Of a stretch of DNA of 64,000 nucleotides, positions 12,810-25,883 are shown in pieces; the first letter of the stretch is position 1; each line of letters begins with the position of its first letter. Source of the DNA: Eledone cirrhosa (lineage: Eukaryota); NCBI GenBank assembly GCA_964016885.1, contig OZ024747.1, positions 73,222,001 through 73,286,000 of the forward strand, given 5' to 3'. The notes below the pieces were generated by a model that had not been told where the DNA came from, searched no databases, and saw only the letters and a list, made by a program, of their open reading frames with translations. The translations under genes and the position numbers were made by a program.

Positions 12810-14876
12810 GGCAGTAGTAGTAGCAGTAACAGTAGTAGTAATAGTAGTAGTAGTATTACTATTATTAGTAGTAGTAGTAGTAGCAGTAGTAGTATTACTA
12901 TTATTAGTAGTAGTAGTAGTAACAGTAGTAGTAGTAGTAGTAGTAGCAGTAACAGTAGTAGTAGTAGTAACAGTAGTAACAGTAGATATATTAGTAAGAA
13001 CAGTAGCAGCAACAGTAGCAGTAACAGCAGCAACAGTAGCAGTAACAGCAGCAACAGTAGCAGTAACAGCAGCAACAGTAGCAGTAACAGTAGCAGCAAC
13101 AGTAGCAGTAACAGCAGTAGCAGCAACAGTAGCAGTAACAGTAGCAGCAACAGTAGCAGTAACAGCAGTAGCAGCAACAGTAGCAGTAACAGTAGCAGCA
13201 ACAGTAGCAGTAACAGCAGTAGCAGCAACAGTAGCAGTAACAGCAGTAGCAGCAACAGTAGCAGTAACAGTAGCAGCAACAGTAGCAGTAACAGCAGTAG
13301 CAGCAACAGTAGCAGTAACAGCAGTAGCAGCAACAGTAGCAGTAACAGTAGCAGTAACAGTAGCAGCAACAGTAGCAGTAACAGCAGTAGCAGCAACAGT
13401 AGCAGTAACAGCAGTAGCAGCAACAGTAGCAGTAACAACAGTAGGAGTAACAACAGTAGCAGTAATAAGAACAGTAGCAGTAACAGTACAGTAACAGCAG
13501 TAGCAGCAACAGTAGCAGTAACAGTAGCAGCAACAGTAGCAGTAACAGCAGTAGCAGCAACAGTAGCAGTAACAGTAGCAGCAACAGTAGCAGTAACAGC
13601 AGTAGCAGCAACAGTAGCAGTAACAGTAGCAGCAACAGTAGCAGTAACAGCAGTAGCAGCAACAGTAGCAGTAACAGTAGCAGCAACAGTAGCAGTAACA
13701 GCAGTAGCAGCAACAGTAGCAGTAGCAGTAACAGCAGTAGCAGCAACAGTAGCAGTAACAGTAGCAGCAACAGTAGCAGTAACAGCAGTAGCAGCAACAG
13801 TAGCAGTAACAGCAGTAGCAGCAACAGTAGCAGTAACAGTAGCAGTAACAGTAGCAGCAACAGTAGCAGTAACAGCAGTAGCAGCAACAGTAGCAGTAAC
13901 AGCAGTAGCAGCAACAGTAGCAGTAACAACAGTAGGAGTAACAACAGTAGCAGTAATAAGAACAGTAGCAGCAACAGTAGCAGTAACAGCAGTAGCAGCA
14001 ACAGTAGAGGTAACAGCAGTAGCAGCAACAGTAGCAGTAACAACAGTAGGAGTAACAACAGTAGCAGTAATAAGAACAGTAGCAGCAATAGTAGCAGTAA
14101 CAGCATTAGCAGCAACAGTAGCAGTAACAGCAGTAGCAGCAACAGTAGCAGTAACAACAGTAGGAGTAACAACAGTAGCAGTAATAAGAACAGTAGCAGC
14201 AACAGTAGCAGTAACAGCAGTAGCAGCAACAGTAGCAGTAACAGTAGCAGCAACAGTAGCAGTAACAGCAGTAGCAGTAACAACAGTAGCAGTAACAGCA
14301 GTAGCAGTAACAACAGTAGCAGTAATAAGAACAGTAGCAGTAACAGCAGCAGCAACAGTAGCAGTAACAGCAGTAGCAGTAACAACAGTAGCAGCAACAG
14401 TAGCAGTAACAGCAGTAGCAGCAACAGTAGCAGTAACAGCAGCAGCAACAGTAGCAGTAACAGTAGCAGCAACAGTAGCAGTAGCATCAGTAGCAGTAAC
14501 AGCAGTAGCAGCAGCAGTAGCAGTAACAGCAGCAGCAACAGTAGCAGTAACAGCAGTAGCAGTAACAACAGTAGCAGCAACAGTAGCAGTAACAGCAGTA
14601 GCAGCAACAGTAGCAGTAACAGCAGCAGCAACAGTAGCAGTAACAGTAGCAGCAACAGTAGCAGTAGCATCAGTAGCAGTAACAGCAGTAGCAGCAGCAG
14701 TAGCAGTAACAGCAGTAGCAGTAACAGCAGTAGCAGTAACAACAGTAGCAGTAACAGCCGTAGCAGTAACAACAGTAGCAGTAATAAGAACAGTAGCAGT
14801 AACAGCAGCAGCAACAGTAGCAGTAACAGTAGCAGCAACAGTAGCAGTAACAGTAGCAGCAACAGTAGCAGTAGCT
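12810..14876. repeat. AGT/AGC/AAC trinucleotide-based minisatellite (~2 kb)
   Basis: Units such as ACAGTAGCAGTA and ACAGTAGCAGCA with block duplications. Confidence 0.95.
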
Positions 14877-15485
14877 AGATTAGTAACAGCAGGAGCAGTA
14901 GTAGTGGAATGATGTGAGTAGCAGTGTGAGTGGATAGTAAATAGAGAGTAGCAGCAGCAGTAGGTGTGAGAGTGGCAGCTGGTTAACAGTTGTAGCGGAT
15001 ACCTGCAGTAGTAGGAAAAATTAAAGGGAAACAAAGAATGCAGTGAAGATGGTGGCTGTATCGACGACAGTGAGTTGTATGTGAGAGTAGCAGTAGCAGG
15101 AGAAGTAGGAGGAGGAAGAGGAGCAGGAGAATGATGACAAGCAAAACCTAGGTGCAAAAGTGAAAGTAAATAAGAAAGTAGCGGTTGTGAATAATAATTA
15201 TGATTGGTTGTGGAAGCAGGTGTAACAACAGTAATACAGGTAAGGCAGGTGGCGGTAAAATGTCAAGGGGAGAAATAAACGGCAGCAGTTGTTTCAGAAT
15301 TTGAACTGGTGGCAGAAGCATTGGTAAGGGGGTACTACTTACTACAGAAGACTATGTCTAGAGATGCTTAGGAGATAATAAAAGCACATTGGCAGCGGAA
15401 GGAAGTGAATTCCTCAAGGTGAAACAGTGCAGCACTACAAAAGACACCACAACAGATATGGTGAATGGAAAGAAGAAAATAAAAA

Positions 15486-17231
15486 GGCCAAGGTCATTGA
15501 CACGTGGAGTAGATTTAACGATAAGAACCACTGCCTAAGGCCAAGGTCATTGAAGCGTGGAGTAGAATTGGCTATAAGAACCACTGCCTAAGGCCAAGGT
15601 CATTGAAGCGTGGAGTAGAATTGGCTATAAGATTCACTGCCTAAGGCCAAGGTCATTGAAGCGTGGAGTAGAATTGGCTATAAGAACCACTGCCTACTGC
15701 CAAAGTCATTGAAGCGTGGAGTAGAATTGGCTATAAGAACCACTGCCTAAGGCCAAGGTCATTGAAGCGTGGAGTAGAATTGGCTATAAGAACCACTGCC
15801 TAAGGCCAAGGTCATTGAAGCGTGGAGTAGAATTGGCTATAAGAACCATTGCCTAAGGCCAAGGTCATTGAAGCGTGGAGTAGAATTGGCTATAAGAACC
15901 ACTGCCTAAGGCCAAGGTCATTGAAGCGTGGAGTAGAATTGGCTATAAGAGCCACTGCCTAAGGCCAAGGTCATTGAAGCGTGGAGTAGAATTGGCTATA
16001 AGAACCACTGCCTAAGGCCAAGGTCATTGAAGCGTGGAGTAGAATTGGCTATAAGAACCACTGCCTAAGGCCAAGGTCATTGAAGCGTGGAGTAGATTTG
16101 GCTATAAGAACCACTGCCTAAGGCCAAGGTCATTGAAGCGTGGAGTAGAATTGGCTATAAGAACCACTGCCTACTGCCAAAGTCATTGAAGCGTGGAGTA
16201 GAATTGGCTATAAGAACCACTGCCTAAGACCAAGGTGATTGAAGCGTGGAGTAGAATTGGCTATAAGAACCACTGCCTAAGGCCAAGGTCATTGAAGCGT
16301 GGAGTAGATTTGGCTATAAGAACCACTGCCTAAGTCCAAGGTCATTGAAGCGTGGAGTAGAATTGGCTATAAGAACCACTGCCTAAAGCCAAGGTCATTG
16401 AAGCGTGGAGTAGAATTGGCTATAAACACCACTGCCTAAGGCCAAGGTCATTGAAGCGTGGAGTAGAATTGGCTATAAGAACCCCTGCCTAAGGCCAAGG
16501 TCATTGAAGCGTGGAGTAGAATTGGCTATAAGGACCACTGCCTAAGGCCAAGTTCATTGAAGCGTGGAGTAGAATTGGCTATAAGAACCACTGCCTAAGG
16601 CCAAGGTCATTGAAGCGTGGAGTAGAATTGGCTATAAGAACCACTGCCTAAGGCCAAGGTCATTGAAGCGTGGAGTAGAATTGGCTATAAGATCCACTGC
16701 CTAAGGCCAAGGTCATTGAAGTGTGGAGTAGATTTGACTATACGAACCACTGCCTAAGGCCAAGGTCATTGAAGCGTGGAGTAGATTTGGCTATAAAAAC
16801 CCCTGCCTAAGGCCAAGGTCATTGAAGCGTGGAGTAGAATTGGCTATAAGAACCCCTGCCTAAGGCCAAGGTCATTGAAGCGTGGAGTAGAATTGGCTAT
16901 AAGATTCACTGCCTAAGGCCAAGGTCATTGAAGCGTGGAGTAGAATTGGCTATAAGAACCACTGCCTAATGCCAAGGTCATTGAAGCGTGGAGTAGAATT
17001 GGCTATAAGAACCACTGCCTAAGGCCAAGGTCATTGAAGCGTGGAGTAGAATTGGCTATAAGATCCACTGCCTAAGGCCAAGGTCATTGAAGTGTGGAGT
17101 AGATTTGACTATAAGAACCACTGCCTAAGGCCAAGGTCATTGAAGCGTGGAGTAGATTTGGCTATAAAAAGCCCTGCCTAAGGCCAAGGTCATTGAAGCG
17201 TGGAGTAGATTTGGCTATAAGAACCACTGCC
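15486..17231. repeat. 53-bp minisatellite, ~33 copies
   Basis: Unit GGCCAAGGTCATTGAAGCGTGGAGTAGAATTGGCTATAAGAACCACTGCCTAA, head-to-tail with no spacers. Confidence 0.97.
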
Positions 17232-17304
17232 CGCCCCATAACCATGTTTAGTTTAATTAAAAGCTGACACGGTTATTATACAAAATATTTTAGAGTAAAT
17301 ATTA

Positions 17305-17378
<74 letters not shown>

Positions 17379-17425
17379 TGAGATATAGTGAGAGAGTGAG
17401 AGAGAAAGTGTTTGTGAGGCAGAGT

Positions 17426-17505
<80 letters not shown>

Positions 17506-17720
17506 AGATGTGGTATTAAAGGTTAAGGCTTCGTAATGGTTACGATGTTACATATAGTGTATAACTTCTTGCGACTATATGTATGTATATATGTATATAT
17601 GTATATATGTATATATGTATATATGAAAGTATGTATAGATGTATGAATGTAGTTATGTATGTACGTATGTATATATAGATGTATGAGTGTAGTTATGTAT
17701 GTATGTATGAATGTATGTAT

Positions 17721-18030
17721 GTTGACTTGTTATTTTTGGTAAATATCATCTTGGTCAAGAGAGTGGGACTGGTTTTGTGCAGTGCCTTTGCTCACTATAA
17801 AAGCTTCACGGCACAGGCATTGCTTTATATCTGGAGATCTCTCTGCACTTGTCGTCACATGGTACCATGGGCCCAGCACTATGTGTCAATAATTGTCACA
17901 AGTGTAGTGTTTGTACCAGAGTTTTCAAGTCGCTGGCTGGACTAAAAAGTCACACTTGTTCAGTGCATCGGTAGGGGTTCTCCTACATGGATATAAAGTA
18001 GTGGCCGTACTCGAAAACGAGTTGGCAGCC
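17721..18030 (+). mobile_element. 3' end fragment of RTE-type LINE or derived element (C2H2 Zn finger)
   Basis: One frame reads HKCSVCTRVFKSLAGLKSHTCSVHR*. Near-identical to 26576-26891 and ends in (TA)n. Confidence 0.7.
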
Positions 18031-18037
18031 ACCATGT

Positions 18038-18065
<28 letters not shown>

Positions 18066-18068
<3 letters not shown>

Positions 18069-18344
18069 ATATATTAATAAATGGAAACTATATTTATAAA
18101 ACCATATTTATTTTATTATATATATTTCAAGGGCAACCAAGGCAAACTATGGTGCGCTTTCATCAGACAAAAACAGATTTGTTTTATAAATAAATATTGC
18201 CATACCCGGAAAAAAAGACAACCTTAACGGTTGGAGCTTCTTTCTGATGAAAGCACACCATAATCTGCCTTGGTGGCCCTTGAAATATATATAATAAAAT
18301 AAATATGGTTTTATAAATATAGTTTCCATTTATAAATATATTGT
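18066..18344. repeat. Inverted repeat (~105-bp arms) of an HHR-bearing Penelope pLTR-like unit (family A)
   Basis: 18066-18170 is the imperfect reverse complement of 18241-18344. Confidence 0.85.
18111..18172 (-). ncRNA. Type I hammerhead ribozyme motif (family A)
   Basis: Minus strand: ttttgt-CTGATGA-aag...ctt-GAAA-tatataTA-ataaaa. The mirror copy on + at 18244-18299 has an intact core but a broken stem I. Confidence 0.7.
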
Positions 18345-18429
18345 GTCTTTACTCCACTAAACTGTTGAGTGCTTTATTTCAGTTATAACATTTTTAAGGT
18401 TGTTGAATCCCAACAAATTAAATCTAACC

Positions 18430-18514
<85 letters not shown>

Positions 18515-18569
18515 ATATATATATATACGATATTAAACAAATGGAAACTATATTTATAAAACCATATTT

Positions 18570-18633
18570 ATTTCATTATACATATTTCGGGGATACCATA
18601 TTAAAAATATGGCATGCCTTCGTCAGATAAAAT
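18570..18633 (-). ncRNA. Type I hammerhead ribozyme motif (family A variant)
   Basis: Minus strand: attttat-CTGACGA-aggcatgccatatttttaatatggtatcccc-GAAA-tatgtaTA-atgaaat. Confidence 0.7.
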
Positions 18634-18914
18634 ACAATATATAAACAGTTTTATAAATAATTTTGACGTACCATAAATATGAGCGACCATTATGTAGGAA
18701 GTTGGTTTGGTAGTGAAGTGTTTATAAATATTTAGTGTTAAGCACAGTTATAAAGAAAGACGGAGAAAAAGAAGAAATGTATTTAAAGAAAAACAGAGAG
18801 AAATAGAGAGAGATAGGGGAGAGAGAAATAGGGAGGAGGTGAAAAAAGAGAGGCAACCGAAGGCAACAGATGAATAATAATAATTCATCAAACAAATTGA
18901 GAGGTTTAAGAGGG

Positions 18915-18978
18915 AGGGAGTACGGTAATTATTTAGTTATATATATATATGTATAACTAAATAATTACCGTACTCCCT
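18915..18978. repeat. Short palindrome centred on (TA)n
   Basis: AGGGAGTACGGTAATTATTTAGTTATA...TATAACTAAATAATTACCGTACTCCCT. Confidence 0.9.
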
Positions 18979-19384
18979 GTGTGTGTGTGTGTATGTGTGT
19001 GTGTGTGTGTGTCAGTGCATGTAAGCTTGCATACTTTTCAGATTTTTTTCCCTTGCATAAATACTGTCACGTGATCTATAGCGACATTACCCATATCATC
19101 CTTTAACGTCTGTTTCCCTCGTTAGTAAGGAAAAAAGACAGGTTCGCTGCTCAAGTACATCTCGCTTACATACGTTTCCATTCTGATCCGAAAGCTGGTT
19201 CAACAAACGACAAAGCAGTACAGTATATATATATATATATATATGCAATCCCTGATAATATGTTGTAGTGACATATAGTGTGTCTGGACATTTTGAACCT
19301 AGTGGGGTCAACAGCCGAGGTATTGTAGGAGAGAGGGAGAGATAGAGAGAGAGACCGGAAGTGAGAAAACAACTTAGAGAAATA

Positions 19385-19546
19385 ATTGATCTCAGTACTG
19401 GACTGGTACTTTTTTTTATCGACCACGAAAGGATGAAAGGCAAAGTTGACCTCAGCGGGATTTGAACTTAGAATACAGAGAATCGGAGTAAATATCACTA
19501 AAGAATTTCATCCTATGTTTTATCGACTATACTAATTCGTCACCTA
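19385..19546 (-). mobile_element. tRNA-derived SINE
   Basis: TTATCGACCACGAAAGGATGAAAGGCAAAGTTGACCTCAGCGGGATTTGAAC core on the + strand text. Confidence 0.8.
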
Positions 19547-20223
19547 AACTCTGAAATTGGACAAAGCAAACACTATGCCGGAAGAAATAAACAATAACAG
19601 CAACAACAGCAACAACAAGCGAGTACATTTTTGATGACTTGAGAGATGACTGGTGGAAAGATGTTCAACAAAACGAGCAACGGTAATGCAAGAAAAGCCT
19701 TGAAGGGACTTAGTCGCTCGTATCTACTCGAGTTCCGTTTATTTTAAATCTAGTACTTATTTTATCGATTTCTCTTTGTCAAAGTACTAGATACTGGGCA
19801 AAAACAACACAACCTCACACAAACAAATGTACACCTAAATGTACGATGGACTTGTAACCATGTTTCATCTACCAAATTTCCCTCATAAGGCATTGGTCAA
19901 CCCAAGGCTCACTGTATCATATTGTGAAACTAAACCTGGAACTTATATAGTGCCGAATCCATCTCCTTATACACTCTGCCCTTTATGATCAATAAGAATG
20001 TATAATTGTCATAATCTATACTGGAACTACCTACGATGTGTACACAGTTGCAGAGCAGTGGAAAAGAGTAAATATATCCACGGTGGAAAAAATTAGTAGA
20101 AACGAAATATTGTCAAATTAAATATGTTGCAGCGTTTAGTTATATCAAGTTCCAAATATGTCGGGTTGACATTACTTATCTCTTTCCTGGCTCGTTAGTG
20201 GTTGAGATGGTTAAGAGAAGGAG

Positions 20224-20341
<118 letters not shown>

Positions 20342-20896
20342 CGCGAGATAGATAGAGAGCTGAATGGTGGAGGGGAGAGAATTATATGCTAAATATATTT
20401 TTATGTATTGGTTTCATTCATCTGAGTTCACAGGTGAAATCTCTATGGGGTTGACTTGGACTTTCATCCCACACGGGTCAATAACATACCTACTGTCATT
20501 CTCTACTAAGATCGTCACACAGGACAATAAAACAACCTCGACAACAATCGCTCTTGTGTCTCTGTAGGAAATAATTATTAGGAATAATGATGGTTTTAAT
20601 ACTGGCATTGTTATCGAATATAGCTGGTGTGGTTTTGTTGCTGAGAAACCACAATTAGTCATGCTACACTACACCATCTATTGTATAGATGTTTTTTCAA
20701 TTGTGACAGCTATTGAAATGATAAACGGATTATGAGGCTTATGTAAACTGAATAGAAATATAGTATATATAGTATATATCTTATTGATAGTCATAATTCA
20801 AAGTTATCCCACTAAACATACATACATAGATACATACATATATACATATGCGCCTCTCTCTCTTACATAATTTATCTCCTACTACTACTACTACTA

Positions 20897-21090
<194 letters not shown>

Positions 21091-21280
21091 GTGTGCGTGT
21101 GTGTGTATACACAAACACACACAAAAGCATATGTATATGTATTCTTTAAGCCGAAACTTGGATGTCGCTAAGAAGATTCAATTTTGGCTTTAATGAAGAA
21201 TAAATGAATCTCTAATATGGCACCGACGACTCATTTTCGTCACCACAATAATCATTGCAAATTTCACACACACACACACA

Positions 21281-21381
<101 letters not shown>

Positions 21382-21559
21382 TCTGTCTCTCTCTCTCAAA
21401 ATAATGCTCAATACTGAAATATATTGGACACTGTAAACCATAGTATACTAAAGTGTATGGTCATAGCTGCAATGTCTTTATATATAGGCCTGCTCAGTCA
21501 AGACAGATTTCGGGCAAAACAACCACAATACATAGATATCAACATGCTTAAAATCTCAG

Positions 21560-21715
21560 CTACTGATGGTACTCATTTTTAGATGAATATATTTGGAGAA
21601 ACGCGAAATGAAGGGTTTTACACAAAAAACGCAACACACAACCTAGTCCGGGAATCAAATCCTCAATATTATGATCACAAGTCCTACACCCTTACTTCTA
21701 GGCCACGTGACTCCA
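21560..21715 (-). mobile_element. Decayed second tRNA-derived SINE family
   Basis: Minus strand reads GTGGCCTAGAAGTAAGG...GATTTGATTCCCGGAC, similar in layout to 40749-40860. Confidence 0.45.
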
Positions 21716-21974
21716 TTGACATAAAGCTTTTCTTCAATGTATGAAACTCAGAATGATATCTTTCTACGATCTGTTGTCAAATATGCAACCGATGTTTGAA
21801 TTCCAAAGATTTCCCTTCTTGGATTTCAAAGGAGACATTAGAATTAACAAATTCCACAGATATATATTTTTATCAAGTGCGATGTATCAAGCTATTTGCA
21901 GTAACATTAAGTAATAATGTTGTCTGCCATTCTTACCACTCTGCCAAACCATCAACCTGACATTGAGTAATAAT

Positions 21975-22159
21975 GGTTTCGGATTTAGCCACAAGACTAA
22001 TAATTTTGGTGGGAGGGAAAAGTGGATTAAATCGACCCCGAAAGGATGAAAGGCAAAGCTCACCTTGGAGGGATTTGAACTCAGAACGAAAAGGGACATA
22101 ACTATATGCCACAAAGCCTGTTGTCCGACGCTCTAATGACTCTGTCAAACCATCGCCCT
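21975..22159 (-). mobile_element. tRNA-derived SINE
   Basis: ATCGACCCCGAAAGGATGAAAGGCAAAG...GGATTTGAACTCAG. Confidence 0.8.
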
Positions 22160-23072
22160 TAGTACATTGAGTAATTATGATATCTACAGTGGCGTGAACA
22201 AACGGCAGTACATGTGAATCATTGGTAAAATATTTCACATGTTCTTATCTAATCCATTTGTCCATAGTAGCTGTGCTACAGGAACTTAACAGTAATTCAA
22301 GTCGTATTCTCAGCTTGTTGGGTTATTGATTATGTTGAACTGCTTTCAGCGAGACATTATTATACTGTGGATAGCAAACGTTAATAATGATAAATCAATA
22401 ACACAGGAATCTAATCTAGGAAGCTTTGATAAAAATACCTATGAATAGCAATTAGTCGATTGTTTCTCCGGATTTTCTTTTTTTTGCTATTCGAAATTTC
22501 ATTAACTTTTCTTGGCTTTGATTATAATCACGTGACATCACTAAGGAGAACAAGCCGGACCTAACAAACTAACTTTAGGGTTATTATTATATCGATTTTG
22601 GTATCATATCGATCGATAATGCTCCCAGTGTCCATGCCTGGGAATAGAGATGAAAGAGAAACAATAAACATCACAATAAACCGGATCCAGTGATCAATGA
22701 CTGGAGGAAATAGAATTAACCCCCAGCCCCACACCCCACGGTCACCTTCCCTACAATATAAATATATTGAAATTATTCATTGTCATACTTTTTAATGTAC
22801 AGAACCTTAATGTTGGTCACCCAAATAATCATTTCCTCCTATCGGCCCATAACTAGATCACAACACTTAGTCCTATACCTCCTACTTATGTTTTGAGAAC
22901 ATAAACTTGTAAAGAGTATATAAATAGTTGCCTGCATATTTATGAAAGTTTAAAATGAGAAAAATTGCAAACAGGAATTTGAAACAGCCATGTTTGCTTT
23001 TGTGCAGACTTTACATGATTTAAGAGAAATGGTACAGAATTCTAATTGTAAACATTATTGTAGTCAATAATA

Positions 23073-23677
23073 ATTATTTCTACTTTTGGCAAAAGGCTAG
23101 CAATTACCCAGTACATAACTGGTACTTTGTTTTATCGACCCCGTAAGGTTGAAAGGCAAAGTTAATATCGACTGGTTTTGTAGAATAGTTAGATGTTTCG
23201 TAGTGTTTGGGTTCGTTTTTTTTTATGTCCTGAGTTCAAACCCCGCCGAGGTTAGCTATAACTTTCATCATTACGGGGTCGATAAAATAAAATACCTGTA
23301 ACATTCTGGGGCCGATTTACTTGATTTCCTCCTTCTCCGAAAAATCATTGACCTTGTGCTTAAATCAGAAACCATTATGGCGGTGAGTTGGCAGTGTCAG
23401 TAGAGCATCGTACAAGATACTTACGACTCGTTAAATTTTGAGTCCAAATCCCGTCGAGGTTAGCTTTGTCTTTTAACCTTACGGGTCGATAAAATAAAGT
23501 ACCAGTAACGCAATGGGGACGAAAGTATCGACTTTCCCTCAGCCCAAATTGTTGGTCTTGTACCTGAGTCCAAATCCCGCCAAGGTTAACTTTGCCTTTC
23601 ATCCTTACGGGGTCGATAAAATAAAGTACCAGTAATGCACTGGGTAATTGCTGGCCTTGTTCCAAAAGTAGAAACAA
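23073..23677. mobile_element. Cluster of four SINE copies or partials (one minus, three plus)
   Basis: Core motif near 23133 (minus orientation) and near 23275, 23483 and 23607 (plus orientation). Confidence 0.8.
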
Positions 23678-23959
23678 TTATTTATCAACAGGTATATTTC
23701 AGGTTAGCTGGTTATGCCAGTTAAACCTCACCCTCTCAATATCACATCTAAAAGATTTTACTTCAAACACATCGATTATTTTATGAATGATGCATTTGTG
23801 AAATAATCGATCATACATCACGTGCATCACGTACGGAAATGCTACATGAAGATATTTCTTCCACTTGTATATAGCTTTATAATGTATGACAAGGTATTAC
23901 GTCATACACATATTGACGTAATGTAACAGACTTCGGCAGTATTATATGCCTGTTTAGTT

Positions 23960-24011
<52 letters not shown>

Positions 24012-24016
24012 CTCTC

Positions 24017-24062
<46 letters not shown>

Positions 24063-24076
24063 ACACACACACACAC

Positions 24077-24124
<48 letters not shown>

Positions 24125-24244
24125 CGCATATATATGTATGTATATATACATATATATATATGTATATATGTGTGTGTATATATACATATGTTTATATATA
24201 TATATGAATATATGTACATATTATGTATATATATATATATATAA

Positions 24245-24297
<53 letters not shown>

Positions 24298-24332
24298 GGA
24301 AAACTTGAACCGTTAAGGTATATATATATGTA

Positions 24333-24412
<80 letters not shown>

Positions 24413-24608
24413 TATATATATATGAATATATATATATATACATATATACATATATACATACACATATGTATATGTATATATAAATTATATATTGGCATAC
24501 AGACAAACGCGGACATATGTATATATGCATATATATATATATACCAGATAGAAAAATGCGTACAGCAAAAGAAAGTAATATTGTTGGAATATAAACCTTT
24601 AAAAATAC

Positions 24609-24822
24609 AGGACAAGAAACTAAAATAAAACTTTAAAAGAATAGGACAAGAAACTAAAATAAAACTTTAAAAGAATAGGACAAGAAACTAAAATAAAACT
24701 TTAAAAGAATAGGACAAGAAACTAAAATAAAACTTTAAAAGAATAGGACAAGAAACTAAAATAAAACTTTAAAAGAATAGGACAAGAAACTAAGATAAAA
24801 CTTTAAAGAATTGGACAAGAAA
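24609..24822. repeat. 34-bp tandem repeat, ~6 copies
   Basis: Unit AGGACAAGAAACTAAAATAAAACTTTAAAAGAAT. Confidence 0.93.
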
Positions 24823-24897
24823 TAAAAAAATTTACAATAATATTAGTGGCAAAATTAGTGGCATATTTTTAATATGGTATCCCCGAAATATGTATAA

Positions 24898-25329
24898 GCT
24901 ATCAGACGAGAGGGACTGGATATCCAACTGGCCCACTCGGGTCCTTCTCTGCGCGGACGGCTGGCCAAGAGACACTCCACCAGACATGACAACTGCTGCA
25001 GACTAGCCAACTGCCCCATCAACGACACAGACCTATGCTACCAGGCTTACGTCGTATACAGACTAGAGTGTGACAAATGCAACAACTTCTACGTAGGTAG
25101 CACCACCAGACCACTCCACATAAGAATAAAAGAACACCTCAATACTAACGCTTCCTCATTTAAGAAACACCTAGTTAAATGCAAAAACACCGACAAAACC
25201 ATAACAGTTAGGATAGAAACTAAGGAAAGAAACCTCGGCAATCTTAGAATGAAGGAAGCACTAATTATAGATAAAACACAACCACCAATCAATAATAGAC
25301 TAGAACTCAACACCCAATTTATAACCTGA
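24898..25329 (+). pseudogene. Penelope-like retroelement C-terminal fragment: Cys-rich linker plus GIY-YIG endonuclease (5'-truncated, open frame)
   Basis: Uninterrupted 143-codon frame without an upstream ATG: ...CCRLANCPINDTDLCYQAYVVYRLECDKCNNFYVGSTTRPLHIRIKEHL...RMKEALIIDKTQPPINNRLE...*. Contains VVY..C..C..YVG, R..EH, E and P.IN motifs of PLE GIY-YIG domains. Confidence 0.88.
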
Positions 25330-25735
25330 TAGGGCTTCTAGCCCCATATTTACCCCCCCCCCCCCCACACACGCACGCGCACACACACACGCTTACACCT
25401 CCACTTATTCTCTCTCACACATACATACACAAAACCAGTTCTAATACCAGATAACACCTATCCCCCACATTTACGAATAGACTTATCTTCTCCCACTCAC
25501 ACACACACACTCACATACTTACACCTTCATGCATTCTCCCACACACTTATACAGGCATGTATATAAAATAAAATAAAATAAAAAAACCCTAAACAAACCC
25601 CTTTTAAAGGGAGACTACTCTTTATCCACCTAATTTTAACTCTTTGACATTAGAGATAGAACAGATACTCTATACTATTTCCTGTTAGCATGGCTTGGCA
25701 AGATATTTAGAACGCTGGTTTGAGACCTTTATTTC

Positions 25736-25770
25736 CCTCTGAAGAAGAGATATTATCTCGAAAATTAAGG
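25736..25770 (+). ncRNA. Minimal hammerhead motif in the 3' UTR/pLTR of the Penelope-like fragment
   Basis: cct-CTGAAGA-a-gagat att atctc-GAAA-atTA-agg; short stems I and III. Confidence 0.55.
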
Positions 25771-25883
25771 ACATTTAAATAAATCTAAGGTAAAGGTGAA
25801 TTATCAACAATATCTTTTACAATTGCATTCTTTTTTCTATGTCCATACCTGCATTGTTTTGGCTTTATTACACATATTCAAGC

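Noticed and set aside
7960-15157. Long ORFs (poly-Pro, poly-His, poly-Val/Ala, poly-Leu, poly-Ser/Thr)
   Set aside because: They are translations of stop-free trinucleotide arrays, open in several frames on both strands, with no domain content.
15486-17231. CRISPR-like appearance of the 53-bp array and the two 45-bp arrays
   Set aside because: Units are contiguous with no unique spacers, there are no cas genes, and the context is eukaryotic.
17679-17945. Duplicated ORF 'VNIILVKRVG...SSRWLD' as a host gene (also 26561-26803)
   Set aside because: The meaningful Zn-finger reading is in another frame, and the segment is a dispersed retroelement end.
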